Of a DNA stretch of 64,000 nucleotides, positions 1-11,705 are shown piece by piece. Origin of the DNA: Minisyncoccota bacterium. Its GTDB lineage: Bacteria > Patescibacteriota > Minisyncoccia > Phycocordibacterales > JABAAK01. The position numbers and the translations under genes are program-made. How positions within the stretch are numbered: the stretch's first letter is position 1; each line of letters starts with the position of its first letter. Where the stretch lies: positions 4,864 to 68,863 of the forward strand of contig OZ244141.1 in NCBI GenBank assembly GCA_965216295.1, written 5' to 3'. The notes below the pieces were generated by a model that saw only the letters and a program-made list of their open reading frames with translations, made no database searches and had not been told where the DNA came from.

Positions 1-97
1 AACCTACGACCTCTGCATTATCAGTGCAGTGCTCTAACCAGCTGAGCTACATTCGCGCAATGCAGAGCGAGTATACCATAGTGCCTCTAGCACATCA

Positions 98-1501
98 TTA
101 CAGTGCCAAACGGAATGCCTCATCACGATGATACACAGTTTGAAATGTCCCAAATGGTGCAAACCCTGGACTAAATAAAATAGTATCTTGAGACTTTGAG
201 AGTGATACTGCCCTATCAACCGCATCTTCAAGAGAGTCTACACGTATGTCGTTATCAGACAGTGCGTTAGCGATTTTGTCAGACCCAGAACCCGGTAAGA
301 GGAGTACAGTCCCATGATAGTTTTTCAATGCTTTCACAAGTGGCGCCACGGTAAACTTTTTATCAGCACCACCAAGAATAAGTACCGTTGCCTCTGGTAT
401 TGCGTTGAGTGCAGCAATGGTTGCCTGTGGTGTCGTTGCCGCACTATCGTTGTACCAAACACGATCAGTCAAACGACTAACTATCTTCTCTAATCGACCT
501 GGTAGTTTTCGCACAGAACGAAATGCTTTTTCAACAGTTGCATCTTGTATGGCAAGTTCTTCTGCAACTTTGTATGCAAGTGACGCATTGTAGAGCTGGT
601 GATCACCGCGTAACTGTACCCACGGTCGTAGATGAGGATTCATTTTTTCAACAACACGCACCCGTGCAGGAGATGGTATATCATACTGCTGTATCGCTCT
701 CTTCACAGACGCATCACATATGAGAATATCTCCTGACTTCTGAAACGCATAGCTGTTCGCCATGTCTGTAAAGTAGGATGCACTATCACCCTGATAGTAA
801 TCCATATAGTTATCAGCAAAATTGGTAAAGACACTGATGGTGGGACTCATCTTGGTAGTACCAAATCCTTGCAACTGCCATGCATCAAGTTCAAAGACAG
901 CAATAGAATCAGGTTCTATTGATTCAAATAATTGTAAATTAGAAATCCCTTTTTTGTTCCCACCAGACAACACCTTCTTTGTACCAAACGCACTACGACA
1001 GAGTGCTTCTACAAACGCTGTAACCGTTGACTTCCCTTCGGTACCAGTAATGCCGATAACACGAATACCCGCATGCTGTGCAAAAAATGCAGCACTCATA
1101 ATAATGGGGATTCCTGCCTTTCGTGCAGCGGCAAGGTAGATGTTATCTTTGGGCACTGCAGCGGCAGTGAGTATAAAATCAGCACTGACAAAGTCTTCCA
1201 CTGCATGACCTCCAAGACGAAATGTAATGTTTTTGTAACGACGGAGTGGTTCTACCGATTCAGTGAGTATATCGTACCCTTGTAGATCTGTGACGAGAAC
1301 GTGTGCACCTGCACGTGCCAACCAGGCAATGTCTCCTGCTTGTCTGCCGAGCGTCCCTAATCCCATAACAACTACCTTTCTATCTTTAAAAAAACGGTAT
1401 GGATCAAAATGAAGTTGCCACTGTGTCACCGTCTTACCACCAGTGACAAGTGTTGGAGTAAAAACATGCGTAGCGCTTTTTTGAACCTCGTGCTGTTTCA
1501 T
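98..1501 (-). CDS. murD: UDP-N-acetylmuramoylalanine--D-glutamate ligase (MurD). The internal ATG at 1501..1499 (MKQHEVQ...) gives 467 aa. The reading frame continues upstream without a stop into the ATPase ORF.
   Basis: Mur-ligase ATP-binding loop GITGTEGKSTV, VVVMGLGTLGRQAG N-terminal Rossmann motif, DSAATTPQATIAAL and ILGGADKKF C-terminal motifs. Length is typical of MurD. Confidence 0.85.
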   Translation of the reverse strand: MKQHEVQKSATHVFTPTLVTGGKTVTQWQLHFDPYRFFKDRKVVVMGLGTLGRQAGDIAWLARAGAHVLVTDLQGYDILTESVEPLRRYKNITFRLGGHAVEDFVSADFILTAAAVPKDNIYLAAARKAGIPIIMSAAFFAQHAGIRVIGITGTEGKSTVTAFVEALCRSAFGTKKVLSGGNKKGISNLQLFESIEPDSIAVFELDAWQLQGFGTTKMSPTISVFTNFADNYMDYYQGDSASYFTDMANSYAFQKSGDILICDASVKRAIQQYDIPSPARVRVVEKMNPHLRPWVQLRGDHQLYNASLAYKVAEELAIQDATVEKAFRSVRKLPGRLEKIVSRLTDRVWYNDSAATTPQATIAALNAIPEATVLILGGADKKFTVAPLVKALKNYHGTVLLLPGSGSDKIANALSDNDIRVDSLEDAVDRAVSLSKSQDTILFSPGFAPFGTFQTVYHRDEAFRLAL

Positions 1502-3490
1502 CGGTGGTGCACTACGTTCTTGCCCTCTTCTGTCCTTCTCTGGTATCTTTTTTTTCTCGTATGATGATATCTCTTCTGGTATCCTTTTTTTCTCGTGTGT
1601 TGTTGTCTCCTGAATGATTTTTGGTTTTGGACCGGGTATGAGTGGTTTCTGAGGGTGTATGTGAACTACCGTATCCTTTTTGTTTGGACCGGGTATGAGT
1701 GGTTTCTGAGGATGTGTGTGAACTACCGTATCCCTTTTAAAAGGTTGTTTTTTTTTCTGATGATGCGGTGGTGGTGGTGTGTGTGTCTTTACATCAGCAA
1801 GAGAAACCCAGTCACTATTTGTCGGAGCAGGAGGAGGTGGAGCAAGTTTTGGTTTCTGTTCTAAAGGAGTCTGTGTTGCTGCTTCTTGTTGCATCGACTT
1901 CAAGACGCTTGCAAGACTATTCCCAGCACTTGCTGGTGGGGCTTTCTGTTCCTCCTTCCGAGGAGGAGGAGGAGCACCGTTATGTATATTATTCCGTTGG
2001 GGAACCCCTTTTTCATTTTTCTCATGAAAAGGAGCACCTCTAGTTACTCCCTGCCCATCATTGCCACCCCCTTTCTTGTCAGAGAAACTTCGATGATTAC
2101 CATTGCCAGACGGTGGACCGTTACGAGAAAAATTATTCCTTCCACTTCCACCTCCTTTACCACCCCCCTTACCACTACTTGCTATCTCCTGCCAATCTTT
2201 TTGAAGACTCTCTCCTATGCGTCCTTCAACGTCCTCACGCGCTGTCCCGTACTGCTCCCTGGATTGTCGTAAAACATTCTCTCGTTGTGAATCTGCAGGG
2301 TGTTGAGGAGGAGCGACGGTATATGCAGAGAATGGACGAGAACCAGCGTTATCAATGTTAAGAACGAGGTACATGTGGTAGCGTGGTAGCGCGATAAGAT
2401 CTTCTTGCTTGAAGACAGGGGTAAATTGTTTCTCTACCAACTCTGCATCAAGTGGACCAATACGAAAAGTGATGAGTGTTCCAACGTTACCAAACACAGC
2501 ATCCCGCACCATCTCATCAAGTTGTGCAATATACTGATGTGCCATAACGAGGTTTAATTTGTATTTTCGTGCCTCTGAGAGTATCTCTGCAAACGTACTG
2601 CTGGCAAATGATTGAAACTCATCAACATAAAAGTTCGATGGTGGAAGTGCTTCACGCTCTTTACTCTCTAAATCAGCACGGGAAAGTGTCGCAAGATACA
2701 ATTTCGTTGAAAAAAGAACACCCAAGAGTCTCGCATTTGTATCACCAATAGTTCCTTTGGATAGGTTGATAAGGAGTATCTTTCTGGTATCAATCACATC
2801 ACGAAAACTGAAAGCAGATTTTGGTTGACCAATAATATTACGAATCAATGGGTTTGAGGTAAACTGTCCAATCTTGTTTTGAATCGCAGGTGTTGCCTCA
2901 GCAGAGTACCGATCTGTATATCGAGCAAAATCACCACGCCAGTATGACCGTACCTGTGGATCTTTCACTGCATCGATAACTCGTTCACGGAAATCTTTGT
3001 TCGTGTACATGCGACCAACATCAAGAAGTGTTGTATCAGGATACTCAAGCAGTGCGAGAAGCGTGTTACTCAAAATGTATTCCATTCTGTCAGACCATGA
3101 TGTCTCTCCCCAAATACGACGAAAAGCGGCAATGAGGCTACTGACCACAAGGTGCCGCTTATCATACCCAACGTCCTCCATGATATTGAGAGCAATGGGA
3201 CGCTCTTGATCATGTGGCGCAAAGTAAATAGTATCATTGAGACGATCTGGAGTAATAAAATTTAAAAGACTATCAACTGCTTGACCGTGAGGGTCCATAA
3301 AAACAAGACCTCCACCATTGTTGATATCCTGTATTGCCATGTTTTCCAACAGTGTAGATTTTCCTGTCCCCGTCTGTCCGATAACATAAATATGCCGTGA
3401 GCGATCCTTCTCTTTTATCCCAAAACGAGTGGGCTTCCCTCGCCCATGCGCTTCTCCTAGGTAGGTTACTTGTTCTTCTTCAGGTATCAT
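1502..3490 (-). CDS. TrwB/TraD/VirD4-like AAA ATPase. The core spans about aa 1-400 (nt 2291-3490). It is followed by a roughly 260-aa Gly/Pro/Lys-rich disordered tail that runs in frame into murD with no stop codon.
   Basis: Walker A VIGQTGTGKST, downstream FMDPHGQ (DPKGE-like), Walker B YVDEFQ, and NLVMAHQYIAQL, as in type IV coupling-protein-like ATPases. No N-terminal TM segment. The tail contains tandem repeats KKDTVVH(T/I)HPQKPLIPGP(N/K) and EKK(R/K)IPE(E/K). Confidence 0.5.
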
Positions 3491-3663
3491 ATCGTCTCTT
3501 TGTCTAGTGTTTCTGTATCTTCTGATCGTAGCATGCGATTACCAGCAATAATTGCCAACAGAAGACCGATGGAAAACACAATCCACTCCTCCCATCGTGA
3601 ATAGCCACCGATAAAGGGTATGAGTAATAAAACAAGACTAACAATAAAAACAAATCGTTCCAT
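3487..3663 (-). CDS. Small single-pass membrane protein (58 aa, MERFVFIVSLVLLLIPFIGGYSRWEEWIVFSIGLLLAIIAGNRMLRSEDTETLDKETI). Its TGA stop overlaps the ATG of the ATPase gene (ATGA).
   Basis: Read by hand in a different frame from the listed 67-aa ORF. It has a hydrophobic helix flanked by charged residues, and its stop overlaps the downstream start by 4 nt, which suggests translational coupling. Confidence 0.4.
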   Translation of the reverse strand: MERFVFIVSLVLLLIPFIGGYSRWEEWIVFSIGLLLAIIAGNRMLRSEDTETLDKETI

Positions 3664-3904
3664 GGTGAAGCAATTATACCCCTTTTTTCAGGGAACCGCA
3701 TAGTCAATAAACATACTATAAATCACAACCGTGAGTACAACACTTTCTTTTGCCCCACTTATCCCTAGTATCGACAATCTAGGGGTGCCGTGTACGGTTT
3801 ACAGACCAGTACAATCGTCCTACCCAAGTGTGAAACACTCGGGTAACTGACCATTCCTCACAGTATCTATATCAAAAAGATAAAAATGCTGTCAGGCAGT
3901 ATTC

Positions 3905-5361
<1,457 letters not shown>

Positions 5362-5520
5362 GAAAAAAATAATAAGTGGAGCAAGAGAAAATGTTGTACA
5401 ACAATCTCTTGCGATTGTGGTTGTGATGTTTATAGTAATGACTGTAAAAAAACAAAAACAAACCAGCGACTGCATTGCAGACGCTCAGAGACAACAACGG
5501 AAAGCCTGTTACCGTTAGTA

Positions 5521-5548
5521 GTATACCGTGAAGCATTAATAATATGCA
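5521..5548 (-). promoter_or_regulatory. Candidate sigma70-type promoter for the 16S gene: -35 TTGCAT, 18-nt spacer, -10 TATACT, read on the minus strand.
   Basis: Hexamers lie about 160-190 nt upstream of the mature 16S 5' end, in the only intergenic space between secF and the 16S gene. Confidence 0.3.
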
Positions 5549-5561
5549 AGGAAAGAAAGGG

Positions 5562-6560
5562 TTATATCACATCAACACCATGCAGTCGATTGCGCAATCG
5601 CAACTCTGCTTGTTCTAAATCACTTCTCTCACTAATATCGGTATCTTTCTTTTGCGGAAAAAATCTATGCCAGAGAACTAGCAGTGATGAAGCAAAGAAA
5701 AGTGATGAGTACGTACCTGCCACAATACCAATGAAGAGCGTGAGTGCAAACCATTGTGTTACTGGTACAAAGTAGACAATGAGAGCAAGTGGTATGACCG
5801 TTGATAGTGATGTGTACACAGAACGACGAAGACTTTGTCGAACACCTTTAGAGACAGTATCTTCAAAATGTTCTGCCCGTTTCTCTTGTTGCAGTATTGT
5901 AAGACGCTCACGAATACGATCAAAGACAACAATAGTATCGTTAATTGAATATCCGAGTATAGCAAGCAGTGCTGTGACAAAGAGAACATCAATAGCAACA
6001 TCAGTGAAAAGACCAAGAAGAGAGAATATGCCAATAGGAACCATAACATCGTGGAGCAATGCAATCGTTGCAACAACACCATACTTCCACGAACTCATTG
6101 GTCGAGAGACATTCCGAAAGGCAAATCCAACAAAGAGAATGATGATGAATGAAGCGATAACAATAGCAAGGATAGATCGACGGATGAGTTCCTGACTGAT
6201 GGTTGGTGAGAACGATTCAAAAGAGATGACGGTATAGGTAGCAAACGCCTCAGTGAAAACACTATCAAGTGCCAAATAAACATCTTCTGAAATAGCTGGT
6301 GCTGAGAGGGTAAAAGTGTCTTCGCTTTCTTTAATAGAGATGGTTTCCAGTACCTCTTGCACATTTTCCTCTGCAGAAGAGCTCCTCAGCGCTCTTTCCA
6401 CCGAAGCAGATACTGTTCCTTCTGGTAATTGAATAACTAAGCGTGAACTTCCTGAGAACTCTGGGGCAAGATTAGGACCTATCACCACCAAAGCAATGAT
6501 GGAGAGAATAATAATACTAACACCGATACTTGCGTGTGTGATTGTGTGTTTTTTAATCAT
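5562..6560 (-). CDS. secF: Protein-export membrane protein SecF. The start is probably MIKKH at 6560; the ORF also allows a start at 6584.
   Basis: SecD/SecF family motif GYSINDTIVVFDRIRE, six transmembrane segments, and position immediately downstream of secD. Confidence 0.85.
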   Translation of the reverse strand: MIKKHTITHASIGVSIIILSIIALVVIGPNLAPEFSGSSRLVIQLPEGTVSASVERALRSSSAEENVQEVLETISIKESEDTFTLSAPAISEDVYLALDSVFTEAFATYTVISFESFSPTISQELIRRSILAIVIASFIIILFVGFAFRNVSRPMSSWKYGVVATIALLHDVMVPIGIFSLLGLFTDVAIDVLFVTALLAILGYSINDTIVVFDRIRERLTILQQEKRAEHFEDTVSKGVRQSLRRSVYTSLSTVIPLALIVYFVPVTQWFALTLFIGIVAGTYSSLFFASSLLVLWHRFFPQKKDTDISERSDLEQAELRLRNRLHGVDVI

Positions 6561-6565
6561 AAATA

Positions 6566-7873
6566 CTATTGTGTTGCAATCCACTTATTCACCACCTTTG
6601 GCAAGTGTCTCGCGAGAAGTCGCAGGAGGAGTCGTGAAATCCAGTATGCCGAAAGCATGCTAACGATAATACCAAGAGCAAAGGTAAACGCAAACCCTTT
6701 CACAATTGATGTACCAAACCAGAATAAGAGAAGTGCAATGATGATACTTGAGAGATTGGCATCACGGATAGAATTCCAAGCACGTACGAATCCTCGTTCA
6801 ACAGCATCGGTAAACGAAGAACCCTTCCGTAACTCTTCACGCATTCTCTCAAAGATAAGCACATTCGCATCAACGGCAAAACCAACCGACATAATAAAAC
6901 CAGCAAGACCAGCAGCGGTCAAGACAACCGGTATCACCTTGAAAAGTGCAATCATGATGACGAGATATGCACTTAATGCAATAGCAGTTAAAAGACCAAC
7001 AGCACGATACACAAAAATGAGGAAAAGAACGATAAGGAGTATTGCAATAAATCCAGCTTTGATACTCAACGATAATGTCTCTGCACCAAGTGTTGGATTC
7101 ACGGTTCGTGTCTCCGATAGCACAATTGGTAATGGTAGTGCCCCATCATTCAAATTGGCAGCAAGATCTTTTGCTCCCTGTAAGTCAAAGGCTCCTGAAA
7201 TCTGTGTCGTCCCCCCAGGGATTGCCTCTCGTATTTGTGGTGTGGATATGGGAACACCGTCTAAGAAAATACCCAGCACGCTCCCAACATTATCACGCGT
7301 TACTGTTGCAAAATTCTTTCTCCCCTCACTATCAAATGTCAGAAGGACAGCAGGCTCATTACTCAGTGCTCCTCCAGGACCAGGAAGAAATTGCACCTCA
7401 GCACCAACTACATTACCACCAGTCACCGGTATATCCTTGTAAGTACGAGATGCTTCATCGTATAACTTGAATTCCAAAAATGGTGTCTTCCCTATCTGTC
7501 GTATTGCTTCACTAATATCGGTCACACCAGGCAAATCAATGCCGAGGCGATAGTGTTGTGGCAGACCAGTCAGTGCTGAACTACGAACGGTATATACCGA
7601 CGCTTCAGAAACACCCAATGAGTTAACACGCCTTTCAATAACCTTTTTCAATCCATTAACCCTATCAACAACAACACCCTTTGGTGGAATAACTGATGTA
7701 TCAATGGTATAGAGTAACGACGCACCCCCTGCCAGATCTAAACCAACAGCGAGAGGCTTTTCTTCGTTACCACTGACGTGAATACCAAGGAGTGTGGTAC
7801 CAATGGCAAGAATACCAACATATAGATACAGCACAACCCGCTTCGACCAAACACCTTGCCAGAGACTACCCAT
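6566..7873 (-). CDS. secD: Protein-export membrane protein SecD.
   Basis: GLDLAGGASLLY periplasmic motif, FAVDANVLIFERMREELRKG, and a polytopic C-terminal half. Confidence 0.85.
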   Translation of the reverse strand: MGSLWQGVWSKRVVLYLYVGILAIGTTLLGIHVSGNEEKPLAVGLDLAGGASLLYTIDTSVIPPKGVVVDRVNGLKKVIERRVNSLGVSEASVYTVRSSALTGLPQHYRLGIDLPGVTDISEAIRQIGKTPFLEFKLYDEASRTYKDIPVTGGNVVGAEVQFLPGPGGALSNEPAVLLTFDSEGRKNFATVTRDNVGSVLGIFLDGVPISTPQIREAIPGGTTQISGAFDLQGAKDLAANLNDGALPLPIVLSETRTVNPTLGAETLSLSIKAGFIAILLIVLFLIFVYRAVGLLTAIALSAYLVIMIALFKVIPVVLTAAGLAGFIMSVGFAVDANVLIFERMREELRKGSSFTDAVERGFVRAWNSIRDANLSSIIIALLLFWFGTSIVKGFAFTFALGIIVSMLSAYWISRLLLRLLARHLPKVVNKWIATQ

Positions 7874-7899
7874 GTCAGCACAGTATACACCTTTCCCCC

Positions 7900-9012
7900 C
7901 TATTCACGAATAATCCGTGTTTTATCCACTCGTATTAATCGACATCGCTTTGCCATACTCATCACAATACCAATCAAGAATGCTGATGCAACAAGGTGTG
8001 ACCCACCGTAACTAACAAATGGTAGTGTGATGCCAGTGACTGGTAAGACACCAGTGTTGACACCGATGTGTAAAATAAAGTGAGAGAATATGAGTCCAGC
8101 AGCACCAGTAACAAAGAGTGTTTCAAAATTAGTACGTCCTCGATAGGCGATATAGAGAAGTTGCGTTAAAATAATGCCAAACAACAAAAAGAGTAATGTC
8201 ACACCAATAAAACCCCATTCTTCAGCAAAGGCTGCAAAGATGAAATCAGATTCGTAGAGCGGTAAAAATTGCAATTTCGATTGAGTTCCCTCACCGACAC
8301 CCTTACCGAGCAATTCGCCTGAACCAACAGCAACTCGGGATTGGTATGCGTTGTACCCGGTTGTTTCAAGATTAGCGAGTGGATCAAGGAATGAACTGAT
8401 ACGATCTTGTTGGTAAGTCGGAAGAAACTGCCAACTTACCGCCGAAAAGGCAAACCCTATAATAATGAGTCCAAAGAGGTGTTTTTTGGAAACACCAGAG
8501 ACGAGAATCATAAAAAACCAAATACCCAACAGCACTGCAGATGAGCCAAAATCAGGTTGTACGAACACCAAAGCAGCAAGAATCCCTGTCAATAAGAGTG
8601 AAATGATAACGTTACGAATATGACGGATATGTATATGCCGTGTCGCAAAGTATCGCGCAAGGATAAAGATAAGGATGATTTTAACAAAATCAACTGGTTG
8701 TACATTAAAAGGTCCTACGACAAACCAGCTGTGTGCCCCATTTATCGTTGGAGCAAAAAATAAGAGACTGACAAGAACAAGAACAGCAAAAAAATAGAGA
8801 ACAAGAGGAAGCAAGGGTCCTCGAAGTGCACTGTACGAGAAATAAGAAGTCACCACAATGGTAACAATACTCAAAGTGACAAATAAGAGTTGTTTAGAAA
8901 AAAGTGCTCCCTCAAACTCATTGATGGGATACATAGTTACCAAACCAATACCGTAGAGGATGAGTATCGGGACGAGCAATGACCAATCAATACCTTGCAG
9001 ATACTGTCGCAT
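7900..9012 (-). CDS. ftsW: SEDS-family peptidoglycan glycosyltransferase (FtsW/RodA).
   Basis: FtsW/RodA/SpoVE signatures GYNAYQSRVAVGSGELLGKGVGEGTQSKLQFLPLYESDFIFAAFAEEWGFIG and LPFVSYGGSHLVAS, with 9-10 TM helices. Confidence 0.8.
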   Translation of the reverse strand: MRQYLQGIDWSLLVPILILYGIGLVTMYPINEFEGALFSKQLLFVTLSIVTIVVTSYFSYSALRGPLLPLVLYFFAVLVLVSLLFFAPTINGAHSWFVVGPFNVQPVDFVKIILIFILARYFATRHIHIRHIRNVIISLLLTGILAALVFVQPDFGSSAVLLGIWFFMILVSGVSKKHLFGLIIIGFAFSAVSWQFLPTYQQDRISSFLDPLANLETTGYNAYQSRVAVGSGELLGKGVGEGTQSKLQFLPLYESDFIFAAFAEEWGFIGVTLLFLLFGIILTQLLYIAYRGRTNFETLFVTGAAGLIFSHFILHIGVNTGVLPVTGITLPFVSYGGSHLVASAFLIGIVMSMAKRCRLIRVDKTRIIRE

Positions 9013-9015
9013 ATG

Positions 9016-9822
9016 CTACCTATCAATTGCCTGCACAGGCACCACTTCCATACGTGTCGGTTGCCGATCACACACACCAGCACCAGCAATACAATCACCG
9101 GTATTTAATTCGAATGGCTTAATCCAAGTATAGTAAATAGGCATGGACTCACCTGGTTGTAGATTTTCATGGTAGGTTCTCGAAGCAGCAATGGCATTGT
9201 CATCCCCATCAAAGATAATCGCAACAAAGTACATATAGCGCAATGGTACCGTTCCCGTGTTTGTCACCACCGCCTCTGCCCGTGGTTCCGTATCCCAGTG
9301 AGTAACCTTTTTATCACTCACAGCAATGTTGTATTGGTATTGTGTTTTCTGTAAAACAGGTTTCTGAAGAAGGCGAAAGTTTGTATTTGCTACTACCTGC
9401 CCACCAGTAGATATGTGCGGAACAAATACTACCGTACCACCGTTTGGCATGATAAATGTTTGAGAGGATGCACGATCAATTCTTCTCCCTTTCTCGTTAT
9501 AGATGTTGAATTCAAAAGGGACATTGGTAGCGGCACGATCTTCGTTCTGATTATCTATATACGCGGCGATAGCATACAAGCCATCGGTGAGTTTGAAAGA
9601 GCGAGCCCAAAGTGTTTTTACCGGAACAATCCCAAACTCACAGGCAATAGGACAGCTTCCCCCACAATCAACACCAACCTCATCTTGATTCTGCGTCCTA
9701 TCAGTACACGATGGCTCAACATGGAGCGTTAAGAATATACCGTATGAGATAAGAGCAGCGACCAGGATAAATAATCCCAACTGAATAGTAATCTTCCTTT
9801 TCTGAGCCCAGTACGATGCCAT
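9016..9822 (-). CDS. Hypothetical membrane-anchored, Cys-containing extracytoplasmic protein.
   Basis: N-terminal TM helix (IQLGLFILVAALISYGIFL), then CGGSCPIAC and further cysteines. No recognisable family. Confidence 0.45.
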   Translation of the reverse strand: MASYWAQKRKITIQLGLFILVAALISYGIFLTLHVEPSCTDRTQNQDEVGVDCGGSCPIACEFGIVPVKTLWARSFKLTDGLYAIAAYIDNQNEDRAATNVPFEFNIYNEKGRRIDRASSQTFIMPNGGTVVFVPHISTGGQVVANTNFRLLQKPVLQKTQYQYNIAVSDKKVTHWDTEPRAEAVVTNTGTVPLRYMYFVAIIFDGDDNAIAASRTYHENLQPGESMPIYYTWIKPFELNTGDCIAGAGVCDRQPTRMEVVPVQAIDR

Positions 9823-10005
9823 ACAGTATCATTGTATAGTACGGTACCATGTATACAAGATAGCGAGTATGGAACAATTTTGGAAAGGACTTTGTATTGG
9901 CCTCTTTTGTATTGGAGCGCTATGGTTCTTCGTTGGTTTCGGTGCTTTCGATATACTCTGCTTTGGAGACGATAAATGCGTGCTCCCCATCTCTACGTAG
10001 TGCCT

Positions 10006-11616
10006 CTATGTGATACTTCTCTTGAGACGAGCAATTATCCTCTCTGCTTTTGTTTTTACCTGCTTGAGATACGCTTCAAAATCTTTGATGCGATTCATAG
10101 AACCATCAGATATCTCGTAGTACTGCTGAATATGCACCTGTTCCAAAAACCACCTGTTGTGTGACACTAATAGAACAGCTCCGTTGTATGTCTTGAGTAA
10201 TTCACACAAAGCACGAACCGCAGGCATGTCGAGATGATTGGTTGGTTCATCAAGAATGAGCATGTTGACACCGAGTGTATCAAAGATTGCAAAGAGGGTG
10301 CGTGCACGAGTACCAGATGAAAGTTTTCCGACTGTTTGGTGTAATGCGTGTTCTGGCAGACCATATTTTTTCAACATATGAAATGCTTTTTCAGTATCTG
10401 TACCAGTTTCTCGTGTAAATAACTCCACAGCAGTACATGACCTATCAGCACGTTCGTGTTGTTGCATAAGATCACCAAAGGTTACCCCTTCTGAAACAGT
10501 AATGGTACCAGAGAGAGGTTTATGCATACCGATAATGGATCGTAAAACGGTACTCTTACCAACACCATTCTCTCCCATGAAACAGACCCGTGTACCAATT
10601 TTCAATTCAAACGAAAATGGACCAACTTCTGTTGTGTGTTGTGCTGGTAGTTCGGTGTCTTTATATCCCACAACAACCTGATCCGCTACGATAGCAACAT
10701 CTGATTCAATATCTTTTGAGTGCACACGCATTGCAAATGTTTCTTCTTCAAATGGTTTTTCTATTCGATCTAGTTTTTTTAATCGCCGTGATAGCGCTTT
10801 TGCTCTTCCCTGACTAGAACTTGCACGATCACGAGACCACCCTGCTGCACGCTTATCACTGTCTCGTACCTCAGTTTTGTCTATCTTCTCACTTTTCTCT
10901 TTTGTCGCACTCACCTGCTCTTCAAGACGAAGTATTTCTTTTTGCTGTCGCTCGTGCATTTCTTTCTGTCGCAAGTATTCTTTTTCTTGTCGTTGCAGGT
11001 AATCAGTATATGAACCACGCTGTGCTTGAATGGTTTTCTCTGTCAGTACAAACACACGGTTCGTGACTGCATCCATAAAGTACAAGTCATGTGATACGAT
11101 AATGAGTGTCTTTTTCGATTCCTTGAGAAAACTCTCCAACCAGATAAGTGATGGTATATCGAGATTGTTGGTTGGTTCATCAAGGAGGAATATATCAGCA
11201 TCTTCAAGTAAAAAACGAGTAAGGAGTATTTTGCTCTGTTGACCACCACTCATCAGTTTGAGCGGCAATGCAGCAATCTCCTTTGATATCCCCAGGCTGT
11301 TGAGAAATGTATAGGCACGATGTTCTGGCACAGAACCACCGTTTGCCTGTGGTGCAGTGATGTACGCAATGCCTGTACGACTTTCACCTGCAATTATTTC
11401 TTGCGGTAAGTGAGCAACTGTTTTTCCTTTCGCAATGGTAACTGAACCACCATCCGTTGATTCACACCCAGCAATGATTTTCAGTAACGTACTTTTACCA
11501 ACACCGTTTTTACCAACCAAGGCAACCTTGTGTCCTTCATCAAGCGTAAAAGAAATACCAGAAAAGAGTAATTGCGCATTAAATTGTTTTTCCAAAGATT
11601 GTACTGAGAGTAACAT
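10006..11616 (-). CDS. ABC-F family ATPase (translation-factor type, two nucleotide-binding domains, no TM domain).
   Basis: Two Walker A loops (GKNGVGKST and GENGVGKST), two ABC signatures (LSGGQQSKILL and LSSGTRARTLF), and a charged inter-domain linker rich in K, E, R and Q. Confidence 0.8.
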   Translation of the reverse strand: MLLSVQSLEKQFNAQLLFSGISFTLDEGHKVALVGKNGVGKSTLLKIIAGCESTDGGSVTIAKGKTVAHLPQEIIAGESRTGIAYITAPQANGGSVPEHRAYTFLNSLGISKEIAALPLKLMSGGQQSKILLTRFLLEDADIFLLDEPTNNLDIPSLIWLESFLKESKKTLIIVSHDLYFMDAVTNRVFVLTEKTIQAQRGSYTDYLQRQEKEYLRQKEMHERQQKEILRLEEQVSATKEKSEKIDKTEVRDSDKRAAGWSRDRASSSQGRAKALSRRLKKLDRIEKPFEEETFAMRVHSKDIESDVAIVADQVVVGYKDTELPAQHTTEVGPFSFELKIGTRVCFMGENGVGKSTVLRSIIGMHKPLSGTITVSEGVTFGDLMQQHERADRSCTAVELFTRETGTDTEKAFHMLKKYGLPEHALHQTVGKLSSGTRARTLFAIFDTLGVNMLILDEPTNHLDMPAVRALCELLKTYNGAVLLVSHNRWFLEQVHIQQYYEISDGSMNRIKDFEAYLKQVKTKAERIIARLKRSIT

Positions 11617-11705
11617 AAACGTTGTATTGATTGTCTATCATGCTGTTGCTTGCGCTCCATAGTGAAAATAGCGAAAGCACTATACCACAATCACTTCGCT
11701 ACACA

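Noticed and set aside
1595-2361. Several plus-strand ORFs in 1595-2361.
   Set aside because: They fall in the Gly/Pro-rich repetitive linker of the minus-strand ATPase-MurD frame. Open frames there are a composition artefact.
3504-3707. Listed 67-aa ORF upstream of the ATPase gene.
   Set aside because: An alternative frame (3487..3663) gives a clean single-TM peptide whose stop overlaps the downstream ATG. The listed frame is low-complexity and extends into the rRNA flank.
6534-7442. 302-aa plus-strand ORF.
   Set aside because: It is antisense to secD, which has strong family motifs.
9869-10000. A roughly 43-aa hydrophobic plus-strand ORF (MEQFWKGLCIGLFCIGALWFFVGFGAFDILCFGDDKCVLPIST) in the 9823-10005 intergenic region.
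   Set aside because: It is too short and has no support beyond hydrophobicity. It could be a small membrane peptide but cannot be judged from sequence alone.
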